A stretch of DNA of 64,000 nucleotides from Ignavibacteria bacterium CG2_30_36_16 (GCA_001873185.1 MNYQ01000136.1:401-64400), one strand, 5' to 3'; counted from the stretch's first letter, positions 46,696 to 57,213 are shown. Numbers and translations are program-made. Notes: generated from the letters alone by a model not told the origin.

Positions 46696-49044
46696 ATGAG
46701 AAAAATAATTTCGTTATTGATCATAACAATTTTCATTATTCCAATACAAACACTTTATTCACAGAAAATAAATCAGGAAAAGAAAATGATATCTATTATT
46801 CCGCAGCCTGAGAAAGCCGTTCTTATTGAAGGCGAATTTGTTCTTAACAGCAGCACACGTTTTTACGTTCCTTCCGGGCAGGATATTTTTAATAAAACAA
46901 TAAAATATTTTAACGATAAGGTCTCCCCCGCCACAGGCTTTGGCTTAAGTACTACGGGTGAAAACAACCAAGAAAACGTTATCATACTTATCGAAGATAA
47001 AAATTTACACTTCGAATCATACTCGCTTGAGGTTTTTAAAGATCGAATACTTATTCAATCATCCTCAGCAGAAGGCGCCTTTTATGCAATTCAGTCGCTG
47101 CTCCAATTGATGCCGCCACAAATTTTTTCGAACTCACAGCAAGATTTATTGTGGCAGATTCCCTGCGTGCAAATTGAAGACGCTCCGCGTTATAAGTGGC
47201 GTGGAATGCATCTCGACGTATCGCGCCATTTCTTTCCGAAAGAGTTTATAAAAAATTATATCGATTATCTCGCTATGTATAAACTAAACCGGTTTCACTG
47301 GCATCTTGTTGATGATCAGGGCTGGCGGATTGAAATAAAAAGGTATCCTAAACTAACCGAAGTCGGCGCATGGAGAGTAGATAGGGAGAACGTTACCTGG
47401 CGGGAACGCGAAAGACAAAAAGAAGGTGAAGAAGCGACCTACGGCGGCTTTTATACGCAGGAAGATGTGAAAGAAATAGTCGAATATGCTGACGAACGTC
47501 ATATACAGGTTTTACCCGAAATAGAAATGCCTGCACATGTGTTATCGGCTTTGGCTGCTTATCCGGAAGTATCATGCACCGGCGGTCCGTTTACCGTTCC
47601 TCCCGGAACATATTGGCCTAATGTAGATATTTACTGTGCCGGCAAAGAAAAAACATTTGAATTTCTTGAAAATATACTTAATGAAGTGATCGAACTATTT
47701 CCATTTGAGTACATACATATCGGCGGAGATGAGGCGGATAAAACCGAATGGAAAAAGTGTAATGATTGCCAGCGCCGCATAAAAGAAGAAGGTCTTAAAG
47801 ATGAAGCAGAACTTCAAAGTTATTTTATAAAACGAATTGAAAAATTTTTAGTATCAAAAAATAAACGATTGATTGGTTGGGATGAAATTCTTGAAGGAGG
47901 ATTGGCGCCCGAAGCTACAGTGATGTCGTGGCGCGGAATGGAGGGGGGAATTGAAGCGGCAAGGCAGAGGCACGATGTGATAATGACTCCGATGTCCCAT
48001 TGCTATTTTAATTTTTATCAGGGAAAACCGGAATTTGAACCGGAGGCATTCGGGGGTTATTTACCATTAAAAACCGTATATCAGTTCGAACCAACTCCCG
48101 CAGAACTTACAGAAGAAGAATCTAAATTTATTTTGGGCGGACAGGCAAATTTGTGGGCAGAGTTTGTTCCTTCAAATGAAAATGCTGAGTATATGATTTT
48201 CCCTCGAATTGCAGCGCTGGCGGAAGCGGTTTGGACGAACAAGGCATTACGCGATTGGAATAATTTTGAGAATCGTATTAATCGTCAGTTTGTAATTTAT
48301 GATTATATGAAAATTAGTTGCGCAAAAAGTATCTATACTGTGTATATAACTCCTCAACCCGACGAAGGAACTTCAACTCTATACGCAGCGCTTGAAACAG
48401 AAAGCTCTTTACCTGAAGTTTATTTTTCAACTGATGGAAGTGAACCCGGGACATCATCAGTAAAGTACTTGGCTCCTATAAAGATAGAAAATAGCACAAC
48501 GATAAAAGCCTCTTCATTCATTGATGGGATGGCGGTGAGCAAAGCTACCGTTCAAAAATTTATTAAACATCTTGCACTGTTAAAGAGACCTCAACTTAAG
48601 TATAGAAATTCTAATAATTATAATGGAGGCGGAGATTACGGATTAACAAACGGAATTCCCGGTTCGGAAAATTTTGGTGACGGCAGTTGGACAGGCTTCC
48701 ATGGGGATGATTTGGACGCGATAATAGATTTTGGAGAAATTAAAAATATAAATAAAATATCTGCCGGGTTTTTTCAAAAAATTTCATCATGGATATTTTT
48801 ACCTTCTAACGTAGAATATTATGTTTCCACCGATGGAAATAACTACGAATTAGTCTCCACAATTTCAAGTGATATTTCCGATGACGGAAAAGACACAATC
48901 AGAAAAGATTTTGTTTCTGATTTTGCACCGATTAAAACTCGTTACGTGAAGGTGATTGCTAAAAGCATCGGAACCTGTCCGATCGGTCATCCCGGAGCCG
49001 GTAAAAAAGCATGGCTTTTTGTTGATGAAATAATAATTGAATAA
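46696..49044 (+). CDS. Beta-N-acetylhexosaminidase (GH20) with a C-terminal discoidin (F5/8 type C)-like domain
   Basis: A start at ATG 46696 gives a signal peptide. GH20 motifs are RGMHLDVSRHF and IHIGGDE. The C-terminal ~150 aa are discoidin-like. Confidence 0.9.
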   Translation: MRKIISLLIITIFIIPIQTLYSQKINQEKKMISIIPQPEKAVLIEGEFVLNSSTRFYVPSGQDIFNKTIKYFNDKVSPATGFGLSTTGENNQENVIILIEDKNLHFESYSLEVFKDRILIQSSSAEGAFYAIQSLLQLMPPQIFSNSQQDLLWQIPCVQIEDAPRYKWRGMHLDVSRHFFPKEFIKNYIDYLAMYKLNRFHWHLVDDQGWRIEIKRYPKLTEVGAWRVDRENVTWRERERQKEGEEATYGGFYTQEDVKEIVEYADERHIQVLPEIEMPAHVLSALAAYPEVSCTGGPFTVPPGTYWPNVDIYCAGKEKTFEFLENILNEVIELFPFEYIHIGGDEADKTEWKKCNDCQRRIKEEGLKDEAELQSYFIKRIEKFLVSKNKRLIGWDEILEGGLAPEATVMSWRGMEGGIEAARQRHDVIMTPMSHCYFNFYQGKPEFEPEAFGGYLPLKTVYQFEPTPAELTEEESKFILGGQANLWAEFVPSNENAEYMIFPRIAALAEAVWTNKALRDWNNFENRINRQFVIYDYMKISCAKSIYTVYITPQPDEGTSTLYAALETESSLPEVYFSTDGSEPGTSSVKYLAPIKIENSTTIKASSFIDGMAVSKATVQKFIKHLALLKRPQLKYRNSNNYNGGGDYGLTNGIPGSENFGDGSWTGFHGDDLDAIIDFGEIKNINKISAGFFQKISSWIFLPSNVEYYVSTDGNNYELVSTISSDISDDGKDTIRKDFVSDFAPIKTRYVKVIAKSIGTCPIGHPGAGKKAWLFVDEIIIE

Positions 49045-49176
49045 CTATTTAAAATGCAGTGCCGGTTTATGCCGGCTCTGTCCTAATTGCTAATAGTTTA
49101 ACATTGCAAAACCTTGCCGACTTTTGAAATCAATCATACAAAAACGTCGAGAGAAAAGATTCAATCGAAAAAGTAT

Positions 49177-50232
49177 TTAATTTTTATTTTCGTAAAGAAA
49201 ATCCGCTTTCTTCAATTCTCCTTTTCCGTTTATGTTAATGGAATATTCATGCGGTCCATAAATTGAAGCTGCTCCGAATTCTCCCTTTTTATTAAGCGCA
49301 TAGTACGACACATTATAATTTATTTTACCCTTTTCATCAATTAAAGATTTTATTTTTGTATTCAAAACAACTCTTTTAACACCAGCCATACATGCTTCCG
49401 TAGGCGTCATTCCCTGCCTCATAAATTCTACAATTAAAAAACAAGTCAGGTTTTTTAAATTTTCCTCTCCCCTTCCGGTTGAACCGCATGCGCCTACTTC
49501 ATTATCAACATACAAACCTGCACCAATAATTGGACTATCGCCAACTCTCCCCGGAATTTTAAAAGCTAAACCGCTCGTCGTTGTTACACCGGAAATATTT
49601 CCCTGTTTATCTATACCAAGACAGGTGATTGTGCCGGTAATTCCGAAATGTTTTCTTATCTCTTCAGGTATTTTTTCTTCTTCACCGGGGGTGAACCAGT
49701 TATCTTTGTTGCTTAATGACTCTTTCCAGTATAGCCATACTTCTCTCGCTTTATCTGTAAGCAAATCTTCTTCTTTAAAACCATGTGCTTTAGCGAAACG
49801 AAGCGCACCTTCACCGGCAAGCAGTACATGATCGGTTCTTTGCATTACAAGTTTTGCTACCTGAGAAGGATGTTTTATATTTCTTAACGAAGCAACAGCG
49901 CCTGCATTATGTGTTGGTCCGTGCATACAGCATGAGTCCAATTCCACAACGCCCTCTTCATTCGGTAAACCGCCGTAACCAACGCTCATATCATCCGGAT
50001 CGGCTTCAATTATGTTTACTCCCTTGATCACAGCATCAATCGCATCAGATCCGTCATTCATCATTTCAACTGCTTTATCAACCGCTCTAATTCCGTTTGC
50101 GCTTGCTATTGCAATAGGGAATTCGTTATTAATATTTGTCTGCCCGGCAGCCGCTTTAATTAATAAAGGATTGGAAATTACGGCAGCGCCTACGCCCAAT
50201 GCTGTCGACTTTATAAATGTTCTTCTTTTCAT
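49177..50232 (-). CDS. Glycosylasparaginase / asparaginase-2 family Ntn hydrolase, Tat-type signal
   Basis: The Tat-type signal is MKRRTFIKSTALGVGAAV. Family motifs are GRVGDSPIIGAGLYVD and GACGSTGRGEE. Confidence 0.85.
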   Translation of the reverse strand: MKRRTFIKSTALGVGAAVISNPLLIKAAAGQTNINNEFPIAIASANGIRAVDKAVEMMNDGSDAIDAVIKGVNIIEADPDDMSVGYGGLPNEEGVVELDSCCMHGPTHNAGAVASLRNIKHPSQVAKLVMQRTDHVLLAGEGALRFAKAHGFKEEDLLTDKAREVWLYWKESLSNKDNWFTPGEEEKIPEEIRKHFGITGTITCLGIDKQGNISGVTTTSGLAFKIPGRVGDSPIIGAGLYVDNEVGACGSTGRGEENLKNLTCFLIVEFMRQGMTPTEACMAGVKRVVLNTKIKSLIDEKGKINYNVSYYALNKKGEFGAASIYGPHEYSININGKGELKKADFLYENKN

Positions 50233-50254
50233 AGTTGTTCTTACTTTAAGTTAA

Positions 50255-50434
50255 TTATTTTTCAGAGGGATTTTTTTTCCCTTCCACTAATTTATTTATC
50301 AATTCTTTTAATCGTTTTTGTTTCGTTTCTTCCCTTTTAGCCGAAACAATCCATGTCACATATTCTTTTCTATTCGTAAATGAAAGCGAATTAAAAAATT
50401 CTTTAGCTTTTTTATTCTTCTCTAGTAACAACAT
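50255..50434 (-). pseudogene. YdeI/OmdA-family C-terminal domain remnant (or a 59-aa mini-protein)
   Basis: My reverse-strand translation reads ...LPKDFMLLLEKNKKAKEFFNSLSFTNRKEYVTWIVSAKREETKQKRLKELINKLVEGKK*. The frame stays open upstream to about 50515 without a canonical start. The only ATG gives 59 aa, which falls below the size of the ORFs listed in the track. Confidence 0.45.
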
Positions 50435-50518
50435 AAAATCTTTGGGAAGATTTATTGATCTGGTTTGAAGATCAACATAATTATTCAGTTCAGAATTCTT
50501 CTTTTTTTTAACTTCTAA

Positions 50519-50637
50519 GTCACCTTACGCAGATATTGTAGTACGAAGTCCGTTAGCTAACGGATAAAAATTATTTAATTTATCGAAGCTTCGTTTCGAT
50601 TTACATCCGATTAACTGTTTCTTGCGTAAGGTGAGTT
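50519..50637. mobile_element. MITE-like element, copy X, carrying a nested PAL-1 insertion
   Basis: The terminal inverted repeats are TCACCTTACGCA (50521-50532) and TGCGTAAGGTGA (50624-50635). The internal palindrome CGAAGCTTCG is at 50585-50594. The 35-nt insert at 50550-50584 starts with TCCGTTAGCTAACGGA and is absent from copy Y. Confidence 0.65.
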
Positions 50638-50757
50638 ATTAAATTGCCCTCAACCCGATAAAAGAAAATCAATTCAATAAAAATTTATCTTTTTGAAGAT
50701 AAACAATGGCTGCTTCCTTACTGAAAGCAGCCGCTTCAAATTTTACTTCTTATCTGA

Positions 50758-53700
50758 CTAACGCATTAAAGTCATCTTCTTAGCCTGCACAAAATTGCCT
50801 GCACGCACCGAGAAAATATACGTGCCGCTTGCAGCATCTATTCCCGAATCATTTTTACCGTTCCAGGTAACGTTGTAAGTGCCGGACGCTTGATAATTAT
50901 TAACAAGTTCGGCAACACGCTTACCAGTAATATCATATATTACGATAGAAACGTTTTCACCTTTCGGCAAAGCGTAACGCACCGTTGTAGCGGGGTTAAA
51001 TGGATTAGGATAATTCTGCGAAACTTCAAATGCTTCCGGAATTTTAGTGTCAATTTCTACAACCGAAGTGACGGTTTGAATAGTAGCTCGCATAAAATAT
51101 GTTTCAGTCCATGAAGCCCAAGCAGTACCGTTATAATCCCACGCCCGATTATTATTTGCAGGATCATAACCAAAAGTTGGCTGGTTAATTCCGTCATAAC
51201 GAAGCCCGACAAAAAAATCTCCGGTAACTATGATGTTATTAGCGCTCAAATCTGTCTCGTCCCAACCTAATGTTGTCGAAGAAGTTTTTTGCGGAATTAC
51301 GGCAAGATTACTTCCCGGCTGCCCGCCGCTGCTCGAAAGAATAATCGGAGTATATTTTGCAGAACCGGCATTAACTCCGTTAATATAGATTGACATCTTC
51401 ACAACTTTAGCGCCCGATACTGTAGGCGTTATTCTATTTGCCGATGCTTGATTTGCGCTGGGCCAATAGTATCCGCTTGTGGGCGTACCGTCGTCATAAA
51501 CAAGGTCTATATTTGTAACCGTGCTTCCGCCGAGTGTTGCAGCGAACATACTTCTACCGTGAGTAGCAGCCACAAGTTTACTGTCAGATGCGCGGTAATC
51601 AAGATCCATAATATTAACGCCAGGAAGCCCTGTATCTTTCACCCAGGATGTTCCGCCGTTTGCAGTAACAAATAAACCGAGATCTGTACCGACATAAATA
51701 TTGTTAACATCCGATGGACTAACAAAAATACTGTTTGTCGGAATATTCGGTAGATTGCCAGTAATATTAGTCCAGTTTTGTCCATAGTTAGTTGTCTTAT
51801 AAACTTTTTTTCCCGAATCAAAACCGGAAAAAGTTACGAAGGCAGTTGCGGGATTATTAGGGTCGGTAACTACCTTGGTGATGTAGGCAGTTGGAAGACC
51901 GGTTTTTCTCAAATTCCATGTGCCGCCTGCGTTTGTAGTTACTTGAAGATATCCGTTAGAAGCAGCCGCATATATTACGCTTGAATTTCCTTTTGCAATA
52001 GCAAGCGCTGAAATTGTTGCGCCGTTCGAACCGGAACCATCGCCGGTTAAATCACCGCTTATTGCAGCCCAGTTAGCGGAACCGTCTGTAGTTCTAAATA
52101 CTCTGTAAGTGCCTGCCGCTAATATTTGAGGATTATTTGGATCCATCGTAAATGGAGAGATGAATAAAGTACGATCGGTTGTACCGTCATAAAAGTTGGG
52201 ACCTTTAGGAATACCATTCATTGCGCTAAAAAATGTTGAACCGCCGTTTGTTGTTTTAAAGAGCGCAAGATTAACATACTCCATGTAAATATTATTCGCA
52301 TTGTTGTAATCAACCTCAGTTGCCCCGCCGTCACCGCCGAGAATTTCACCCCAGGTTGAACTGCTTCCGCCTTTCAATGTGCCGTTATCCTGCGTTCCGC
52401 CAAAATAATTATTCCCTGTTGGTCCAATTGCTCCGTAATAAAATTGTGTAATGGTTAAATTATTATTTTTAGAAACCCAGGTTTCTCCTTTATTGGACGA
52501 TCTATAAATCCCTCCGTCTGTTCCTAAAAACATCAGGCTTGAATTAGAAGGCGCAAAAGAAATTGCATGATGATCTGCATGCACATATTGCGGCGCGCCG
52601 GATTGTTGATACCAATTTGTTTTTTGAGTCCAGTTTGTACCGCCATTGGTAGATTTCCAAAAATCAATTCCCCCTGCATAAAGAATATTTGCATTATCGG
52701 GATCGACAAATAAAATATTATCATACCACGCCTGGTTGCCTGCGTAATTTGTAGCGCCGGCATAGCTCGGACCGGGGACGGTAATAGTTGACCAATTACC
52801 GCCTTTGTCTGTAGTTTTAACCATCACGCTTACGCCGTTAGTGCTTAAGTCATGAAAAGCTGCGTATACAACCTGCGGATTAGAGGCAGAAATTGCCATT
52901 TCAATTCGTCCGTGTCCGGTCTGTCCAAAGTTTGACTGAAACGAACTGCCGCCATCTATACTGCGCCAAATTACAGCGTCGTTAAATAATCCGAAAGATG
53001 CGAAGAGTGTGGAAGGAGATGTGTATGCAATTTCAATATCAGTGCAGTGAACATCTGCACCAGTTCCGCTTGACAAAATTGTTGTGAAACTGTTTCCGCC
53101 GTCTGTTGATCTATAAAGTCCTTTGCGTGTACCGGCATACAAAGCATTTGTGCTTTGATCGATCATCAATTTATTAACATAATAATAACTTATGTTTTTT
53201 GTTGATGTAAGCTGCGTCCAGGTAGTACCGGCATCGGTTGTTTTAAAAATCCCTTCGCCCCTCTGGGCATCACCGTTAAAATATCCCTCGCCAGTGCCTG
53301 CATAAATAATATTAGGATTCGCCGGATCCATTACCATAGAGCAGACTGCTAAATTTTCCATATCGTCTTTAAGTGCCGCCCAGGTATTGCCTCCGTCTGT
53401 CGTTTTCCAAACACCTCCGGAAACTGCAGCTATATAAACAAGATCGGGATTGGTTGGATGAATAGCGATTGAACGTATTCTTCCGCCATAATTTCCGGGA
53501 CCTACCTGCGCCCATGTTAAAGTTTCAATACCGCCCTCTTTATTCAGAACCATGTTATTCTTTTTTATATGATCAAGCGCTTCAACACGCCAGTTTACGG
53601 GAATTTCGCCGAGCGGGTATGCGCGCTGTTCATAAAACCATTTGGCGGCTTCATCCGGAAAACCGTATGTAGGTTTTGCATTTTTTTTCTTCTCAATTTT

Positions 53701-53814
53701 CCATTTGATGTAATCTTTGTAACTTTGTTCTACTGGCTCATCGTTAACAAAAACATCGTACGATGCTAAAAACATAAGCCCTGCCGAAACTACTAATAGC
53801 AAAATCTTTCTCAT
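50758..53814 (-). CDS. Secreted BNR/Asp-box (sortilin/VPS10-type) repeat protein with a T9SS C-terminal sorting domain
   Basis: 1018 aa with a signal peptide. Many S/T-x-D/N-x-G-x-T/S-W/F boxes occur (TTDGGNTW, TTDAGTTW, STNGGTNW, TTNAGGTW ...). The C-terminus is NYPNPFNPATTV...GTYIFSVRAG. Confidence 0.88.
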   Translation of the reverse strand: MRKILLLVVSAGLMFLASYDVFVNDEPVEQSYKDYIKWKIEKKKNAKPTYGFPDEAAKWFYEQRAYPLGEIPVNWRVEALDHIKKNNMVLNKEGGIETLTWAQVGPGNYGGRIRSIAIHPTNPDLVYIAAVSGGVWKTTDGGNTWAALKDDMENLAVCSMVMDPANPNIIYAGTGEGYFNGDAQRGEGIFKTTDAGTTWTQLTSTKNISYYYVNKLMIDQSTNALYAGTRKGLYRSTDGGNSFTTILSSGTGADVHCTDIEIAYTSPSTLFASFGLFNDAVIWRSIDGGSSFQSNFGQTGHGRIEMAISASNPQVVYAAFHDLSTNGVSVMVKTTDKGGNWSTITVPGPSYAGATNYAGNQAWYDNILFVDPDNANILYAGGIDFWKSTNGGTNWTQKTNWYQQSGAPQYVHADHHAISFAPSNSSLMFLGTDGGIYRSSNKGETWVSKNNNLTITQFYYGAIGPTGNNYFGGTQDNGTLKGGSSSTWGEILGGDGGATEVDYNNANNIYMEYVNLALFKTTNGGSTFFSAMNGIPKGPNFYDGTTDRTLFISPFTMDPNNPQILAAGTYRVFRTTDGSANWAAISGDLTGDGSGSNGATISALAIAKGNSSVIYAAASNGYLQVTTNAGGTWNLRKTGLPTAYITKVVTDPNNPATAFVTFSGFDSGKKVYKTTNYGQNWTNITGNLPNIPTNSIFVSPSDVNNIYVGTDLGLFVTANGGTSWVKDTGLPGVNIMDLDYRASDSKLVAATHGRSMFAATLGGSTVTNIDLVYDDGTPTSGYYWPSANQASANRITPTVSGAKVVKMSIYINGVNAGSAKYTPIILSSSGGQPGSNLAVIPQKTSSTTLGWDETDLSANNIIVTGDFFVGLRYDGINQPTFGYDPANNNRAWDYNGTAWASWTETYFMRATIQTVTSVVEIDTKIPEAFEVSQNYPNPFNPATTVRYALPKGENVSIVIYDITGKRVAELVNNYQASGTYNVTWNGKNDSGIDAASGTYIFSVRAGNFVQAKKMTLMR

Positions 53815-53815
53815 G

Positions 53816-54259
53816 TTATTCCTTTCTTATTACTTCATTAATTATCCAGCCGCTTGTTTTATTAAATGATATAACGGCATCAAATTCATCTCCTTCAACC
53901 AAACCGGCTAAAGAAATAAGATCTTTATTTCTTTCATTTTCCGGCTCGATATTCATTTGAGGATCTAATACAAAACCCGGAGTCAGCAGATATACTTCAT
54001 TCTGCATTGCCATACTCGGGTATGCAGGATCTTCAATCACATATAAAACAACTCCCTTGATCGTAAAATCAGTTTCTCCTTTTTTGTCTATACTCTTTAC
54101 CTGAATTTTTACAATCGATTTGTTTATCTGTACGGATTGAGGATTAGAATTGTTTACCGTCGTATTATTTTCTTTCTGATCATTGCGGGAAACATCGGAG
54201 CAGCATGAGCAAAACAAAAACAACAGAAGTATTGCAGCATATATTAGTTTGTAGCGCAT
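53816..54259 (-). CDS. Small lipoprotein, function unknown
   Basis: 147 aa with a signal peptide and Cys cluster LFCSCC. It lies 1 nt upstream of the BNR gene start. Confidence 0.6.
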   Translation of the reverse strand: MRYKLIYAAILLLFLFCSCCSDVSRNDQKENNTTVNNSNPQSVQINKSIVKIQVKSIDKKGETDFTIKGVVLYVIEDPAYPSMAMQNEVYLLTPGFVLDPQMNIEPENERNKDLISLAGLVEGDEFDAVISFNKTSGWIINEVIRKE

Positions 54260-54378
54260 AATTTTACTTTAAGTTAATGGATGCTTAAATATAAAATATT
54301 TTCCCAAATAAAACTTGTTTTTTTTTGGATATGAGAATTTCTAAAGTTAGTTTTTCGGTGTAAATTCAAACCAATCGA

Positions 54379-57213
54379 ATGATAAAAAAAATAATAAGCA
54401 GTAGAGAAGTACTTTCGGAGGATTTTGTAAACGGCATTACCGGCTGGGCGGCAGGTTATGTTTCATCCGATATTCTTGAACAATTCATATCACTTCTCGA
54501 AACGGAAGCAAAGAAACATTATTTTACAAGAAATGCCGGTTCGAATCTTGTTAGAATGCTTACCGCTTCTTATGACAAATCCAATTTAATCAACGACACA
54601 ATAAGATACCCCCACTATGCTGAATTCTTAATTCGCGTCTCTGTTAACAGCAATTATTTAACCGATATTTTGGTGAGGAATCCGGAATACTTTTCGTGGA
54701 TTGCCACCCCATCGATTCTTCAGAAAAAGTTAACTGAAGATTTTTTCATTTCAAACATTGAAAAAGTATTGTCTGCATATAAAAATTTTAATACTAAAGT
54801 TAACGCACTTCGTAATTACAAAAGAAAAGAAATTTTAAGAATAGGATTGAAGGATATCACCGGTACAGCGGATCTAAATGAGATTACGCTGGAACTTTCT
54901 TTACTTGCGAAAACAATTTCATCGGCGCTGTTTGAGTTATGTTACAGGGTAGTTCTTAATAAATATGGAATTCATAATATAAAAAGGAAATACTGTTTGG
55001 CTGCGCTCGGCAAGCTTGGCGGTAACGAATTAAACTATAGCTCCGATATAGATTTGATTTTGTTCTTTGATAAAAATATTAGAATTAAAAACAAAGAATA
55101 TTTTGAATTATTAGTTGAAGCCGCTCAACTTTTTATTGAACAGCAGTCTACAGTTACCGGATTTGGATTTCTGTACCGAGTTGATTTTCGTCTGCGCCCT
55201 GATGGGAAAAACTCTCCGCTTGCAGGCACGATGTCAGGTTATATATCTTATTATGAAAGCCGCGGCGAAGATTGGGAACGCCAAATGTTAATTAAAACAT
55301 CTTTCGTTGCCGGCAGCAAAATCCTGTACAAAAAATTCTTCGATTATCTATCGCGCTTCATTTATCCATCTTCCTTTTTGGTCTCTCCCGTTGAGCAGAT
55401 AAAAATGATGAAGCTGAACATCGAAAGAAAGTTGAACAGCGACGATAATATAAAGTTGATTCCCGGCGGGATTAGAGATATTGAATTCAGTGTGCAGGCG
55501 CTTCAATTATTAAACGGAGGATTAAATAAAAAAATACGCACCGGGAATACTTTATCCGCTGTTAAAAAATTATTCGATTCGAGTTTGCTGTCAATTGGAG
55601 AGAAAATCGTGTTTGAAGATGCGTATGTCATGTACAGAAAAATAGAACACTACTTGCAGTTGATGAACGATACTCAAACCCATACAATTCCTGCACAAGG
55701 TGAGCTGCTTGAGAAGTTGTCTTATTTCCTTGGATATAAAAGTTCAAAAGATTTTTTTAGAAGTCTGAACGAGCATAAACGAAAAGTGCAGTCAATTTTT
55801 TATTCGATAACCGGCAGTCAATCTTCAGGCAGTGAAAGCATTAATATTTTTTCGGCTATAAATTTTTCATATAAAACAAAAGCACTGCGAAATATAGATT
55901 TTTTGCGAGAAGGGAAAGGGATATTCGAACAGAAAACATTTGATAAACGGACGTCTGTATCTTTTAATAAAATCGAATATTTAATTTTGGATTATTTGAA
56001 GAACGCATTAAACCCGGATCTCGTCTTACAAAATTTTGTTCGTGTTATACGCCCTGCGGCAATTCCATCGGTTTGGTATTCCCAATTTTCTGATAATTCT
56101 CTTCTTACAGCTTTTCTTCATCTATGTGAATATTCTCAAAAGTCAATTGATCTATTTGCTGAAGATGAAGATTTGCGCGACTATTTTTTAACTAAAAAAG
56201 TTTTTGAAAAATTATCGCTCAAGAACATTAAATATATTGAGGTTAAAAAATTGTTGTTCATACTTTCGGTGCAGTTTTCACTTGGCAAGATTAACGCCGA
56301 AGAAGTTTCATCATTCTTGAAAATAAACATAGACCATCAAATCTCTTCCGTGTGCTCTGAGTTTATAAAAGGACATAAATTCACATTTAAATTTTTCATG
56401 GCGGCAATGGGGAGTTCCGGATCAGGTGAAATGAATTTCAATTCGGACATCGATTTGATATTTGTCGCCGACAAACTAACTCCAAATAATAACGTTGAAA
56501 AGGATTTTCAAAACTTACTCGGAATATTAAAAGAGAAACTTAAACCTTTTGAAGTCGACTGCCGGCTTCGTCCTGAAGGAAAATACAGCCCGCTATTATG
56601 GGATTTAATAAACTACGATAAATACTTTTTTTCCAGAGCAAGAATATGGGAATTGCAAACATTAACAAAACTTTCGTTTATCGCAGGAGACAAGAAAAGT
56701 TTTAACAGGTTTATTTCTATCATTCAGCGCCGACTTAAAAAAGAAAACTGCCGGGCGGTAAAAAAAGAGATTGTGGAGATGCGGAATAAATTGGTTCCCA
56801 GCGGTTCGGTGCTTGTTTCAAATTCATTTAACGTAAAAAAAAGCCGGGGCGGTTTAGCTGATGTTGAATTTTTAATTCAATATTTTATACTTTGCAGCCC
56901 GAATTTATACAATAAGTGCAGAGCAAAGGGTTCGGTTAAATCCATTAAAGCAATAATAAACCAAAAATCTGAATTGTCTGAAATTGAAAAACTGACCAAT
57001 ACATTCAGGTTTTTCAAAACGATTGAATTATTAAACCAAAATTTGTTTAACAGCCAATCTGACGCTCTCCCTGTTACGGAAGAAAAACTGAGAGTGTACG
57101 CTGCATTACTGAATTTCAAAAGCAGCAGTGATTTCTTAAATAAAATAAAACTAACTGCAGACATTAATCAAAAAATGTTCGACAAGTATTTAGTAAAGGA
57201 CGCCCGTGAATAA
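54379..57213 (+). CDS. glnE: Glutamine synthetase adenylyltransferase / adenylyl-removing enzyme
   Basis: 944 aa with two nucleotidyltransferase halves (GKLGGNELNYSSDIDLILF and GSSGSGEMNFNSDIDLIFV). Each half is followed by an (F/C)RLRP(D/E)G motif: FRLRPDG after the first, CRLRPEG after the second. Confidence 0.9.
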   Translation: MIKKIISSREVLSEDFVNGITGWAAGYVSSDILEQFISLLETEAKKHYFTRNAGSNLVRMLTASYDKSNLINDTIRYPHYAEFLIRVSVNSNYLTDILVRNPEYFSWIATPSILQKKLTEDFFISNIEKVLSAYKNFNTKVNALRNYKRKEILRIGLKDITGTADLNEITLELSLLAKTISSALFELCYRVVLNKYGIHNIKRKYCLAALGKLGGNELNYSSDIDLILFFDKNIRIKNKEYFELLVEAAQLFIEQQSTVTGFGFLYRVDFRLRPDGKNSPLAGTMSGYISYYESRGEDWERQMLIKTSFVAGSKILYKKFFDYLSRFIYPSSFLVSPVEQIKMMKLNIERKLNSDDNIKLIPGGIRDIEFSVQALQLLNGGLNKKIRTGNTLSAVKKLFDSSLLSIGEKIVFEDAYVMYRKIEHYLQLMNDTQTHTIPAQGELLEKLSYFLGYKSSKDFFRSLNEHKRKVQSIFYSITGSQSSGSESINIFSAINFSYKTKALRNIDFLREGKGIFEQKTFDKRTSVSFNKIEYLILDYLKNALNPDLVLQNFVRVIRPAAIPSVWYSQFSDNSLLTAFLHLCEYSQKSIDLFAEDEDLRDYFLTKKVFEKLSLKNIKYIEVKKLLFILSVQFSLGKINAEEVSSFLKINIDHQISSVCSEFIKGHKFTFKFFMAAMGSSGSGEMNFNSDIDLIFVADKLTPNNNVEKDFQNLLGILKEKLKPFEVDCRLRPEGKYSPLLWDLINYDKYFFSRARIWELQTLTKLSFIAGDKKSFNRFISIIQRRLKKENCRAVKKEIVEMRNKLVPSGSVLVSNSFNVKKSRGGLADVEFLIQYFILCSPNLYNKCRAKGSVKSIKAIINQKSELSEIEKLTNTFRFFKTIELLNQNLFNSQSDALPVTEEKLRVYAALLNFKSSSDFLNKIKLTADINQKMFDKYLVKDARE

